Source: Phycisphaerales bacterium
Lineage (GTDB): Bacteria > Planctomycetota > Phycisphaerae > Phycisphaerales > UBA1924
DNA length: 38,128 bases
Direction: 5' to 3'
Assembly (NCBI GenBank): GCA_003511945.1
Contig: DOJA01000246.1
Coordinates: forward strand, 1-38,128
The notes beneath the pieces were generated by a model, which searched no databases, was not told where the DNA came from, and saw only the letters and a program-made list of their open reading frames with translations. How positions within the stretch are numbered: position 1 is the first letter of the stretch; the number at the start of each line of letters is the position of its first letter. Positions 7,725-14,183 of this stretch are shown here, piece by piece. Made by a program: the position numbers and the translations under genes.

Positions 7725-8522
7725 ATGGCGCCCGATCTCGAGTGTGTCGGCCTGCGGTGGCGCGTCGAGGCGTGCGACTGGCTCGTGGGCGCGCGCACGC
7801 TGGCGCCCGGGTCGATTGACCTGCTCTACGCCGACCCGCCCTTCAACACGGGCAAGAGGCGGTCGGGCGCGTCGGGTTCGTTCGACGATTCGTGGCGCGA
7901 CGCGGGCGCGTACCTCGCGTGGCTCGAGGAGCGCCTCCGCGCGACGCTCCCCGCGCTGAAGGCGACCGGCTCCGTGCTCATCCACTGCGACTGGCGGACG
8001 AGCCACCACACCCGACTGCTCCTGGACCGCCTGCTCGGGCCGGACCGGTTCGTGAACCACCTGGTGTGGCGCTACGGGCTGGGGGGCTCGTCGGCGCGGC
8101 GCTTCGCGCGGAAGCACGACGACATCCTCTTCTACGCGATCGACCCGGAGCGGTACTGGTTCGAGCCGCCCCGCGTGGCGTCGACCAGCCGACGGATGGG
8201 CGGCGCGACCAAGAAGGCGACGGATGTGCTGGACATCCCCGCGGACGAGGTGCTGGATGTCCCCTCGATCAACAACATGGCCCGCGAGCGCACCGGGTGG
8301 CCCACGCAGAAGCCGCTGGCTCTCCTGCGGCTTCTGGTGGGCGCGTGCTGCCCGCCCGCGGGCACAGTGCTCGACCCCTGCTGCGGCTCAGGAACCACGC
8401 TGGTCGCGGCTCGCGATCTGGGACGGTCCGGGGTGGGGTTCGACCTGGACCACCGGGCGACGGAACTCGCGCGGACGCGGGTGGAGCACTTCGTCTGCAC
8501 GCGTGGCGTGCAGACGAGTTGA
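7725..8522 (+). CDS. Beta-class DNA amino-methyltransferase, probably N6-adenine; orphan.
   Basis: Lies within ORF 7566..8522. Motif IV DPPFNTG lies near the N-terminus. Motif I VLDPCCGSGTT lies near the C-terminus, giving the beta permutation. Also contains WPTQKPLALLRLLV. No endonuclease-like ORF is adjacent. Confidence 0.88.
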   Translation: MAPDLECVGLRWRVEACDWLVGARTLAPGSIDLLYADPPFNTGKRRSGASGSFDDSWRDAGAYLAWLEERLRATLPALKATGSVLIHCDWRTSHHTRLLLDRLLGPDRFVNHLVWRYGLGGSSARRFARKHDDILFYAIDPERYWFEPPRVASTSRRMGGATKKATDVLDIPADEVLDVPSINNMARERTGWPTQKPLALLRLLVGACCPPAGTVLDPCCGSGTTLVAARDLGRSGVGFDLDHRATELARTRVEHFVCTRGVQTS

Positions 8523-8556
8523 GATGGGGTAGAGCGGCGGGCGATTGAATCGCCCA
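8513..8556 (+). repeat. Repeat family A, copy 1 (GGTAGAGCGG box plus a GC hairpin with a TTGAA loop).
   Basis: gacgagttgagatggGGTAGAGCGGcgggcga ttgaa tcgccc. It overlaps the last codons and the stop of the DNA methyltransferase. Confidence 0.7.
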
Positions 8557-8681
8557 CCTCGGTAGACAAGCCCAGGAAACCAAGCGCCTTTCACCATCGA
8601 TCGTAGACGAGCGATGCCCCCCCACGGGTCAAGATTCCCGCCACGCATGGACCGAAACCGCTCCATGGGAACAGGCGGGCG

Positions 8682-9293
8682 TCACTCCACCCGGGTGAGC
8701 TCGACCTTGACGACCTCCGCCATCGTTCCCGCGCCCTGATCGAACAGGATGCGCCACACCAGGTGATCGTTGTCGGGCTGCGCGTAGTGGAACTCGTACT
8801 TCTCGGTGTGGTTGTGCCTGGGGTCGTGAGTGGTGCCGGAAAGAACCAGGGTTCCGTCGGGCCGCGCGGGTCCCTGCCCCGTGACATAGTAAGTGCCCAC
8901 GGTGTCGTACCCGACGACCGTGAACAGGTCGCTGCGTCGGTCGAACCCCAGGATGGTGAGCCCCTCGAACGGCTGTCCCATCAAGTGGCCGGCGTTGCGG
9001 ATCTCAAGGAACCGCCCGCCGAGGATCATGCGGGTTGTGGAGGTCCCCTCCGAAACATCGGGCGGTTGACCGGGCATCATCGACACCGTGACCCGGGACT
9101 TCCACTCACCCGCCATGCGTTCCAGCACCTTGTGCTCGGGGCCGGGCTGGGCGAGGGCCATCATCTGTTCTGCAATCTTGGCCACTTCTTCGGGGGTCAT
9201 CTTCTTCTCCGGCGGGGTCGAGCGCGCCAGGGCGAGCCCGGCGGCGCAAGCGAGGGCGGCGACACTCAGGACAGCAACACGGGTGGACTTCAC
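8682..9293 (-). CDS. DUF1579-family secreted protein.
   Basis: GTG start (complement of 9291-9293) after AAGGAGAAG, overlapping the upstream stop as GTGA. The signal is VKSTRVAVLSVAALACAAGLALA. Contains LERMAGEWKS...MILGGRFLE...GFD..., typical of DUF1579. Confidence 0.85.
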   Translation of the reverse strand: MKSTRVAVLSVAALACAAGLALARSTPPEKKMTPEEVAKIAEQMMALAQPGPEHKVLERMAGEWKSRVTVSMMPGQPPDVSEGTSTTRMILGGRFLEIRNAGHLMGQPFEGLTILGFDRRSDLFTVVGYDTVGTYYVTGQGPARPDGTLVLSGTTHDPRHNHTEKYEFHYAQPDNDHLVWRILFDQGAGTMAEVVKVELTRVE

Positions 9294-9826
9294 GGGGCTT
9301 CTCCTTGCTCTCGGAGCTCGCCCGGGACCACCCCGGGGTGAGCCATTGGTCGATCGTCGGATCGGTCGCTCACTTCTGCGGACGCTTCGGCGCCGGCGAG
9401 GAGCGTCGGGAGCGTGCGCGCCAGCATGCCCCGCCACCCCCCGCGCAGCATCGACGCAAGCCGTTCGCCGCCGGGTCCATCAAAGCGCGTGTGCTCGAGC
9501 ACGAGGAGCGTTCCGGCTCGCTCGGGCGCGAGCGTCCACTCGACCCGGGTTGGGGCGGGGAATCGAGTCCACGACCACGAGTCCTTCCACGACCACACCA
9601 TGCGACGCGGGGCTTCGATGTCGAGCACCTTGCACTCGACCACGCCGCCCCAGTCGGTCATGTCGGGCGGGACTTCGCACCAGAACCGGAAGGGGCGCCC
9701 GAGGATCGGCTGGAAGTCGGTGGACATCTCGATCCAGCGCTCGATGAGCGCCGGGTCCGTGAGCGCGCGCCACACGCGATCGACCGAGTGGGGGTACGAG
9801 GCCTCCAGCCGCACGCGGGCGTTCAC
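9290..9826 (-). CDS. SRPBCC / AHSA1 (Aha1-like) domain protein.
   Basis: Begins (M)NARVRLEASYPHSVDRVWRALTDPALIERW, an AHSA1-type SRPBCC N-terminus. The GTG start overlaps the arsR stop as GTGA. Confidence 0.85.
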   Translation of the reverse strand: MNARVRLEASYPHSVDRVWRALTDPALIERWIEMSTDFQPILGRPFRFWCEVPPDMTDWGGVVECKVLDIEAPRRMVWSWKDSWSWTRFPAPTRVEWTLAPERAGTLLVLEHTRFDGPGGERLASMLRGGWRGMLARTLPTLLAGAEASAEVSDRSDDRPMAHPGVVPGELREQGEAP

Positions 9827-10161
9827 GGGGCGCCCTCCGCCTCCTCCAGGACGCGTCCGAGGGCGTCCAGCCGCGAGGTCCAGAACCGCTCGTACCGCGC
9901 GGCCCAGTCGCGGACCTCGCGCAGGCGATGTCCGATCAGCCGGTAGTGGCGGTGACGCCCGCGCTGATCGGCGGCGACGAGCCCAGCGTCGCGCAGGATC
10001 TTCAGATGCTGCGACAGCGCGGGCTGGGACATGTCGAACTGTGGGAGCAGTTCGTTGACCGTCTGGGGACCCTGCGCCAGCAGGTCGATCACCCGCCGTC
10101 GCGCCGGGGCGGCGAGGGCGTGGAACAGGTCGGGCGTCGCGGCGGGAGCGTCCATCGCCAT
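9823..10161 (-). CDS. ArsR/SmtB-family winged-helix transcriptional regulator.
   Basis: FHALAAPARRRVIDLLAQGPQTVNELLPQFDMSQPALSQHLKILRDAGLV is the classic ArsR HTH. Confidence 0.9.
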   Translation of the reverse strand: MAMDAPAATPDLFHALAAPARRRVIDLLAQGPQTVNELLPQFDMSQPALSQHLKILRDAGLVAADQRGRHRHYRLIGHRLREVRDWAARYERFWTSRLDALGRVLEEAEGAP

Positions 10162-10189
10162 ATTGTATAAGCGGCTACTTATTCGTCAA
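10162..10189 (-). promoter_or_regulatory. Promoter plus a candidate operator for the arsR operon.
   Basis: The minus strand reads TTGACG (10184-10189), a 16-nt spacer, then TACAAT (10162-10167) abutting the ATG. The inverted repeat ATAAG-N6-CTTAT (10167-10182) overlaps the spacer. A second in-frame ATG lies 6 nt after the -10. Confidence 0.45.
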
Positions 10190-10200
10190 GCGGAGAGACG

Positions 10201-10232
10201 AAAAAGCCCACGGATCCGGGACCCGCGGGCTT
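10201..10232 (-). terminator. Rho-independent terminator after the second DUF1579 gene.
   Basis: The minus strand reads aagcccgcgg gtcccggat ccgtgggctt followed by TTT (an uninterrupted T5 counting the stem-terminal tt). Confidence 0.7.
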
Positions 10233-10256
10233 GAAGAATGAGCGGGATGATGAGCC

Positions 10257-10314
10257 CCGGGCAGAATGACTCGGGGAGGGCCGGGAGAGACGGGCGGGCC
10301 GCCCGTCCCACCTG
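10257..10314 (-). repeat. Repeat family B copy (GACGGGCGGCCCGCCCGTC palindrome plus a conserved 3-prime flank).
   Basis: The minus strand reads caggtgggacgggcggcccgcccgtctctcccggccctccccgagtcattctgc. By eye it is about 85-90 percent identical to 33216-33267. Confidence 0.75.
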
Positions 10315-10368
10315 CCCGGGAGGAGGGTCCTTCCGGGAGGGGCATTCGGTGGCGTTGGGCGCGCCCGA

Positions 10369-11010
10369 TCACTTGCGGGTGTAGGCGATCTCCATGTGCT
10401 TGAACATCTTGCCGTCGGGGCCGGGCATCCACATCTCCATGGAGCGGGTCTTGGCGTCGATGACCCGGGTGATGGACTTCACATCGACCTCCGAGCCGAC
10501 CATCGGGTTGAAGGTGCGCCCGGCGGTGGTGATCGACTTCCCGTCGGGCGTGCCGGTCCCCCACTGCTCCATGAGGCCGGTGCCGAAGTTGTCGAACCAA
10601 AGAGAGAAGAACTGCTGCTTCTGGTTGTCGAAGCCCATGATGGCCATGCCCTCGAACTCCATGATCTGGCCACCCATGTCCCACGAGCCGTTGACCTTCT
10701 CGACGAGGTAGCGCCCGCCCATGATCAGTTTGGAGCTGGCGGTCGCCTTGGACTCCTCGACGGGGGCATCGGGGGCCATCCACGATTTCACCACCAGGTT
10801 CCAATCACCCGCCCACTGCTCGAGGTGCTTGTGGGCCGCTCCGGGGGTGGCGAGCTTCATCATCGCCTCCATCATGGCGGCCTCGTCCGGCGCCCCGCCC
10901 TTGGGGGCCTCCTTCTTCTCCGGTCCGGCGCCGATGGCGAGCGCCCCGACCAGCGCGCCCAGCGCGAGACATCCGACGCCGAACGCGATGCGGTTGATCT
11001 TCTGACTCAT
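10369..11010 (-). CDS. DUF1579-family secreted protein (paralog).
   Basis: Lies within ORF 10369..11280. ATG 11010 follows AAGGAG. The signal is MSQKINRIAFGVGCLALGALVGALAIGA. Contains LEQWAGDWN...LIMGGRYLVE...MGFDN. Confidence 0.85.
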   Translation of the reverse strand: MSQKINRIAFGVGCLALGALVGALAIGAGPEKKEAPKGGAPDEAAMMEAMMKLATPGAAHKHLEQWAGDWNLVVKSWMAPDAPVEESKATASSKLIMGGRYLVEKVNGSWDMGGQIMEFEGMAIMGFDNQKQQFFSLWFDNFGTGLMEQWGTGTPDGKSITTAGRTFNPMVGSEVDVKSITRVIDAKTRSMEMWMPGPDGKMFKHMEIAYTRK

Positions 11011-11159
11011 GGGTCTTGGCTCCTTGCACAAAGCGTGTTCTTGGGTCCGGCGACGGGGGACTTCGCCGGGCCGTCCGGTCCGAGGGCACGGCTCCGCCGA
11101 TCCCTTTGGACGATGATGCACCACCGCCGCGCGGTCCGTCGGCGGCGAACGATCCCAAA

Positions 11160-11188
11160 CAAATACCACACACCAATGCCTATGTCCA
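11160..11188 (-). promoter_or_regulatory. Weak promoter candidate for the DUF1579 paralog.
   Basis: The minus strand reads TGGACA, 17 nt, then TATTTG, in a low-GC pocket about 150 nt upstream of the ATG. Confidence 0.25.
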
Positions 11189-11293
11189 GTAAGAACAGGC
11201 GCTGCGCTGCGCGACTGATCCGAGTTGGGAAACTGCCCCACGCTCGGTGCCGGGCTGAACCGCTCACGGAATGAACCCATGAGGGTCGGGTCA

Positions 11294-11312
11294 GACGGGC
11301 GGGCCGCCCGTC
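11294..11312 (-). repeat. Repeat family B core palindrome (partial copy), terminator-like, after the DinB gene.
   Basis: gacgggcgggccgcccgtc, 37 nt downstream of the DinB stop, in the same orientation relative to the gene as the other copies. Confidence 0.6.
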
Positions 11313-11348
11313 ACACCGAGGCGCGGCGGTCACTTCTGTACGGGGCTC

Positions 11349-11867
11349 TCACGGACTCCAGGGGCCGGCGTAGGCGGTCGATGCGGGGGCGCCGTCGCGC
11401 TGGGTCAGTTGGTAGAGCCGTCGGGCGATCTGGCGGAGATGCAGGGCGTCGTGAGCGCACCACGAGGCCAGCAGGTCCGCCGCCGAGAGCGGGCCCAGGG
11501 TCGGATGCTGATGCACCGAGTCCCAGCGCGGGTTGATGTGCATCCGCAGCCAGCGGACGCTCTCAACCCGCTCGGCGAGGAACCGATCCGCCGATTCGAG
11601 CAGGTCGCGCTCGTTGTACCGGCGCTCGACCGCCCAGCGGGGAGGATCGATCGGCGCCCAGGGCTTGGCGGGGTTGTGGAGGATGCTGTCGAGCCGGGCG
11701 CGGAAGTCCTCGGCCTCTTCATCGATGAGGTGGTTGAGGATCTCGAGGATCGACCAGTCGGCGTTCGTGGGCTTCCAGCGGGAGTCCTCGAGCGAGACGG
11801 ACAGCGCCGCCGCCCGGAGCACGGGGCCGGTGGATTCGAGTCGGTGGATGAGGGAAGAAGGGCTCAA
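11349..11867 (-). CDS. DinB-superfamily (DinB_2-like) metal-dependent protein.
   Basis: Contains WKPTNADWSILEILNHLIDEE...AHDALHLRQI, the His-triad helical-bundle pattern. A TTG start is implied because no in-frame ATG occurs before residue 109. Confidence 0.78.
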   Translation of the reverse strand: MSPSSLIHRLESTGPVLRAAALSVSLEDSRWKPTNADWSILEILNHLIDEEAEDFRARLDSILHNPAKPWAPIDPPRWAVERRYNERDLLESADRFLAERVESVRWLRMHINPRWDSVHQHPTLGPLSAADLLASWCAHDALHLRQIARRLYQLTQRDGAPASTAYAGPWSP

Positions 11868-11878
11868 GGCATCACGGG

Positions 11879-12019
11879 GAAGGCATCAAGGGATCAAGCC
11901 ATCAAGGGATCAAGTGGGGATGACAGACGGCAACAGGAACCCGTTCGGCGCCAAGCGATCCAGATCGCCTCCCCTGACACCCACTCGATGGCTCGATGGC
12001 TTGATCCCTTGATGCCTTC
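11879..12019. repeat. 141-bp element with perfect 25-bp terminal inverted repeats and internal tandem repeats.
   Basis: gaaggcatcaagggatcaagccatc (11879-11903) is the exact reverse complement of 11995-12019. The direct repeat catcaagggatcaag occurs at 11884-11898 and 11900-11914. The inner pairs agtggg/cccact and gcgatc ca gatcgc also occur. Confidence 0.85.
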
Positions 12020-12024
12020 TTCCG

Positions 12025-12795
12025 TCAATGCCCCCCCTCGCGCATGCGGTCCAGACCCTCGGGGAACGGGAACGACGGGAACACGCCGACATGGCCCATG
12101 GACCACATCCGCGGGGCCGGGTAGACATCGCCCCGGAACCCGGCCTCGTACATCGTGCGCAGCACGCTCTCGAACGAGGGCTCGCCCTTGTCGGACGATG
12201 AACGCGCCAGCCGGTTCGACCGCGCGCCAAGGAACGACACGCTGGCGACGGGCAGGCGCTCGCGCCGGCCCTGGAGCATCTTCGTGATGGTCTGGAACCC
12301 GCGCCCGAGGTCGTCGAGCGTGAAATGGTCTCGACCCTTGGGGCGGAGCAGCGCGAGGATCAGGATGCTGTCGAGGTCGTACTTCAGGATGTAGGGCTCG
12401 CGGTCGTCGGCGGCGTGGATGCTGATCGCCGCCGAGAACATCTTGGCGTACGAGGTCACGCTCTTGGCGGTCCACTGGCTGGTCTGCGTGAGGTCGACGA
12501 GCTGGGCGATGATGCCGTGGGAGTTGTCCTCGCTGTTCACGCTGCAGACGACGGCGCGGTAGCGCCCCGCGAGCAGGTCGGGGAGCATCTGCTGGCCCCA
12601 CTGGATCCGGATGCGCCCCGGCTTGTCGACCGTGATGGGCGGCTCAGGGAGAAGGGTGACGAACTCGCTCTGGAGCCGGGCGGGCGATGACATGAGGGCA
12701 TCGCCCTCGGCGTCGTAGAGGTGGGCATCGCCGCCCGGGCGCACTCCTGCGCCGGGCTTGGCGGGCTTGTCCGCGGGGGGTCGAGGGGTGGGCAT
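12025..12795 (-). CDS. Hypothetical protein (257 aa) with a faint macro-domain-like pattern.
   Basis: Lies within ORF 12025..12855. ATG 12795 has GGAG 7 nt upstream. RIRIQWGQQMLPDLLAGRYRAVVCSVNSEDNSHGIIAQL and RLPVASVSFLGARSN loosely resemble the macro-domain N-terminal strand/loop and the SIAFPxIStG segment. Confidence 0.6.
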   Translation of the reverse strand: MPTPRPPADKPAKPGAGVRPGGDAHLYDAEGDALMSSPARLQSEFVTLLPEPPITVDKPGRIRIQWGQQMLPDLLAGRYRAVVCSVNSEDNSHGIIAQLVDLTQTSQWTAKSVTSYAKMFSAAISIHAADDREPYILKYDLDSILILALLRPKGRDHFTLDDLGRGFQTITKMLQGRRERLPVASVSFLGARSNRLARSSSDKGEPSFESVLRTMYEAGFRGDVYPAPRMWSMGHVGVFPSFPFPEGLDRMREGGH

Positions 12796-12960
12796 GGGCC
12801 GGCTCCGGGGCGGGGCACTTCCGCCTCGCGCGCAAGTATAGGTACCAGGGCGCATGATCCTCGCGCGCGACGAAACTCCCGCGGTTCCGTCCCCAATGGA
12901 GTGATTCCTGCCCTCCCAAAGGGGACGGGTTTATCACCACACTTCCGACCGGAGGACTCG

Positions 12961-13989
12961 ATGCGTGCTCCCCTGATCGCCGCCGTGTTGCTCGCCCTCG
13001 CCCCGCTCCCCGCGCTTGCCCAAGCCCCGTCCCTTGAGGATGCCGCGAGGCAGACCGGCTTCCGAGGCCAGGTCATGGTGCGGTGCGCCGCCAACCCCCC
13101 GGACGAGTGGTCGATCGGCGCCCGCGAGCCGGGCGGTAAGGAGCAGGTCTCACCCCGCACACTCTTCTACATCGGCTCGGTGGCGAAGGTGTTCACCTCG
13201 ACGGTCGTGCTCCAGCTGGTAAGCGAGGGCTCGCTGGCGCTCGACGACACGCTGGGCGCGCGCCTCGACGGCGTGCCGGACGACAAGCGGGCGATCACAA
13301 TCGAACAACTCCTGTCGCACACCGGAGGCATCGTCGCCAACTACCCGGACCCGGCCAGGGTGCTCAGCAAGGACGAGATGGTCCAGTGGACGCTCGCCCA
13401 GCCGCTGGTGGACTCGCCGGGCGCGTCGTGGTCGTACTCAAACCCCGGTTACGCCCTGCTGGCGGCGATCGTGGAGCGAATCGAGAAGAGGCCGTTCACC
13501 GAGTGCGTCCGAGCGCGGGTCTTCGTTCCGGCGGGCATGGCCTCGGCGGCGTTCCTCGGCGAGGCGAGCGTGCAGCAGGGCATCTGCGCCACGGGCACCG
13601 GCCCGATGGTGGAGCGGTTCAATCTGACCGGCAACCCGGCGGACCTGCCGGCGACCTGGCAGCGCCTGGGCTGCGGCGGGGTGCTCTGCTCCGCCAAGGA
13701 CTTGATGGCGTTCGACCGCGCGCTGAGCGCAGGGAAGCTGATGCCGCCGGAACTGCTGAAGCGGGCGTGGACGCCGGTGATGAACAACTACGGCCTCGGC
13801 TGGCGGATCATGACGACGCCGACGGGCGAGGTGCTGTACTGGAGCGACGGCCAGTTCCCCGGCTTCAACGCGGAGTACTTCCGCGACACGACGACCGACG
13901 CGTCGTTCGTGGTGCTATCGGCGGCGGAGGACGGCGCACGGAAGATGCGCGGGGCGGTGGCGGCAAAGGCGGGTGGGTGCGGGGAGTGA
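12961..13989 (+). CDS. Secreted serine hydrolase of the beta-lactamase / PBP (class C-like) family.
   Basis: Lies within ORF 12721..13989. GGAGGA precedes ATG 12961. The signal is MRAPLIAAVLLALAPLPALAQA. The SxxK motif is FYIGSVAKVF and the YxN motif is WSYSNPGY. Confidence 0.88.
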   Translation: MRAPLIAAVLLALAPLPALAQAPSLEDAARQTGFRGQVMVRCAANPPDEWSIGAREPGGKEQVSPRTLFYIGSVAKVFTSTVVLQLVSEGSLALDDTLGARLDGVPDDKRAITIEQLLSHTGGIVANYPDPARVLSKDEMVQWTLAQPLVDSPGASWSYSNPGYALLAAIVERIEKRPFTECVRARVFVPAGMASAAFLGEASVQQGICATGTGPMVERFNLTGNPADLPATWQRLGCGGVLCSAKDLMAFDRALSAGKLMPPELLKRAWTPVMNNYGLGWRIMTTPTGEVLYWSDGQFPGFNAEYFRDTTTDASFVVLSAAEDGARKMRGAVAAKAGGCGE

Positions 13990-14183
13990 TCGGGGGATGA
14001 TCGGCTCGCTCCACGCGTGGCCCGAGGGGAGGGAGCAGACCTGCGCAGGGATGCCGTCGTTGCTCCTGCGGATGAGGATCTGGCCGTGGGAGCAGAGGAG
14101 TTGGAAGCAGGCCCTCGGATTCCGACGGTCATGATTACATGTCAGTGGCGGTTCCGTAGTCCCATCTGTACAGCATCGAACGG

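Noticed and set aside
7275-8117. 280-aa minus-strand ORF and other ORFs around the DNA methyltransferase, considered as a possible restriction endonuclease partner.
   Set aside because: They are Arg/Pro-rich shadows overlapping the two methyltransferase genes. No PD-(D/E)xK-like or HNH-like motif is visible, and there is no free coding space.
11879-12019. Autonomous insertion sequence or integrated mobile element.
   Set aside because: The element contains no transposase or integrase ORF, and I could verify no obvious target-site duplication. At most it is a non-autonomous (MITE-like) element, so it is reported as a repeat.
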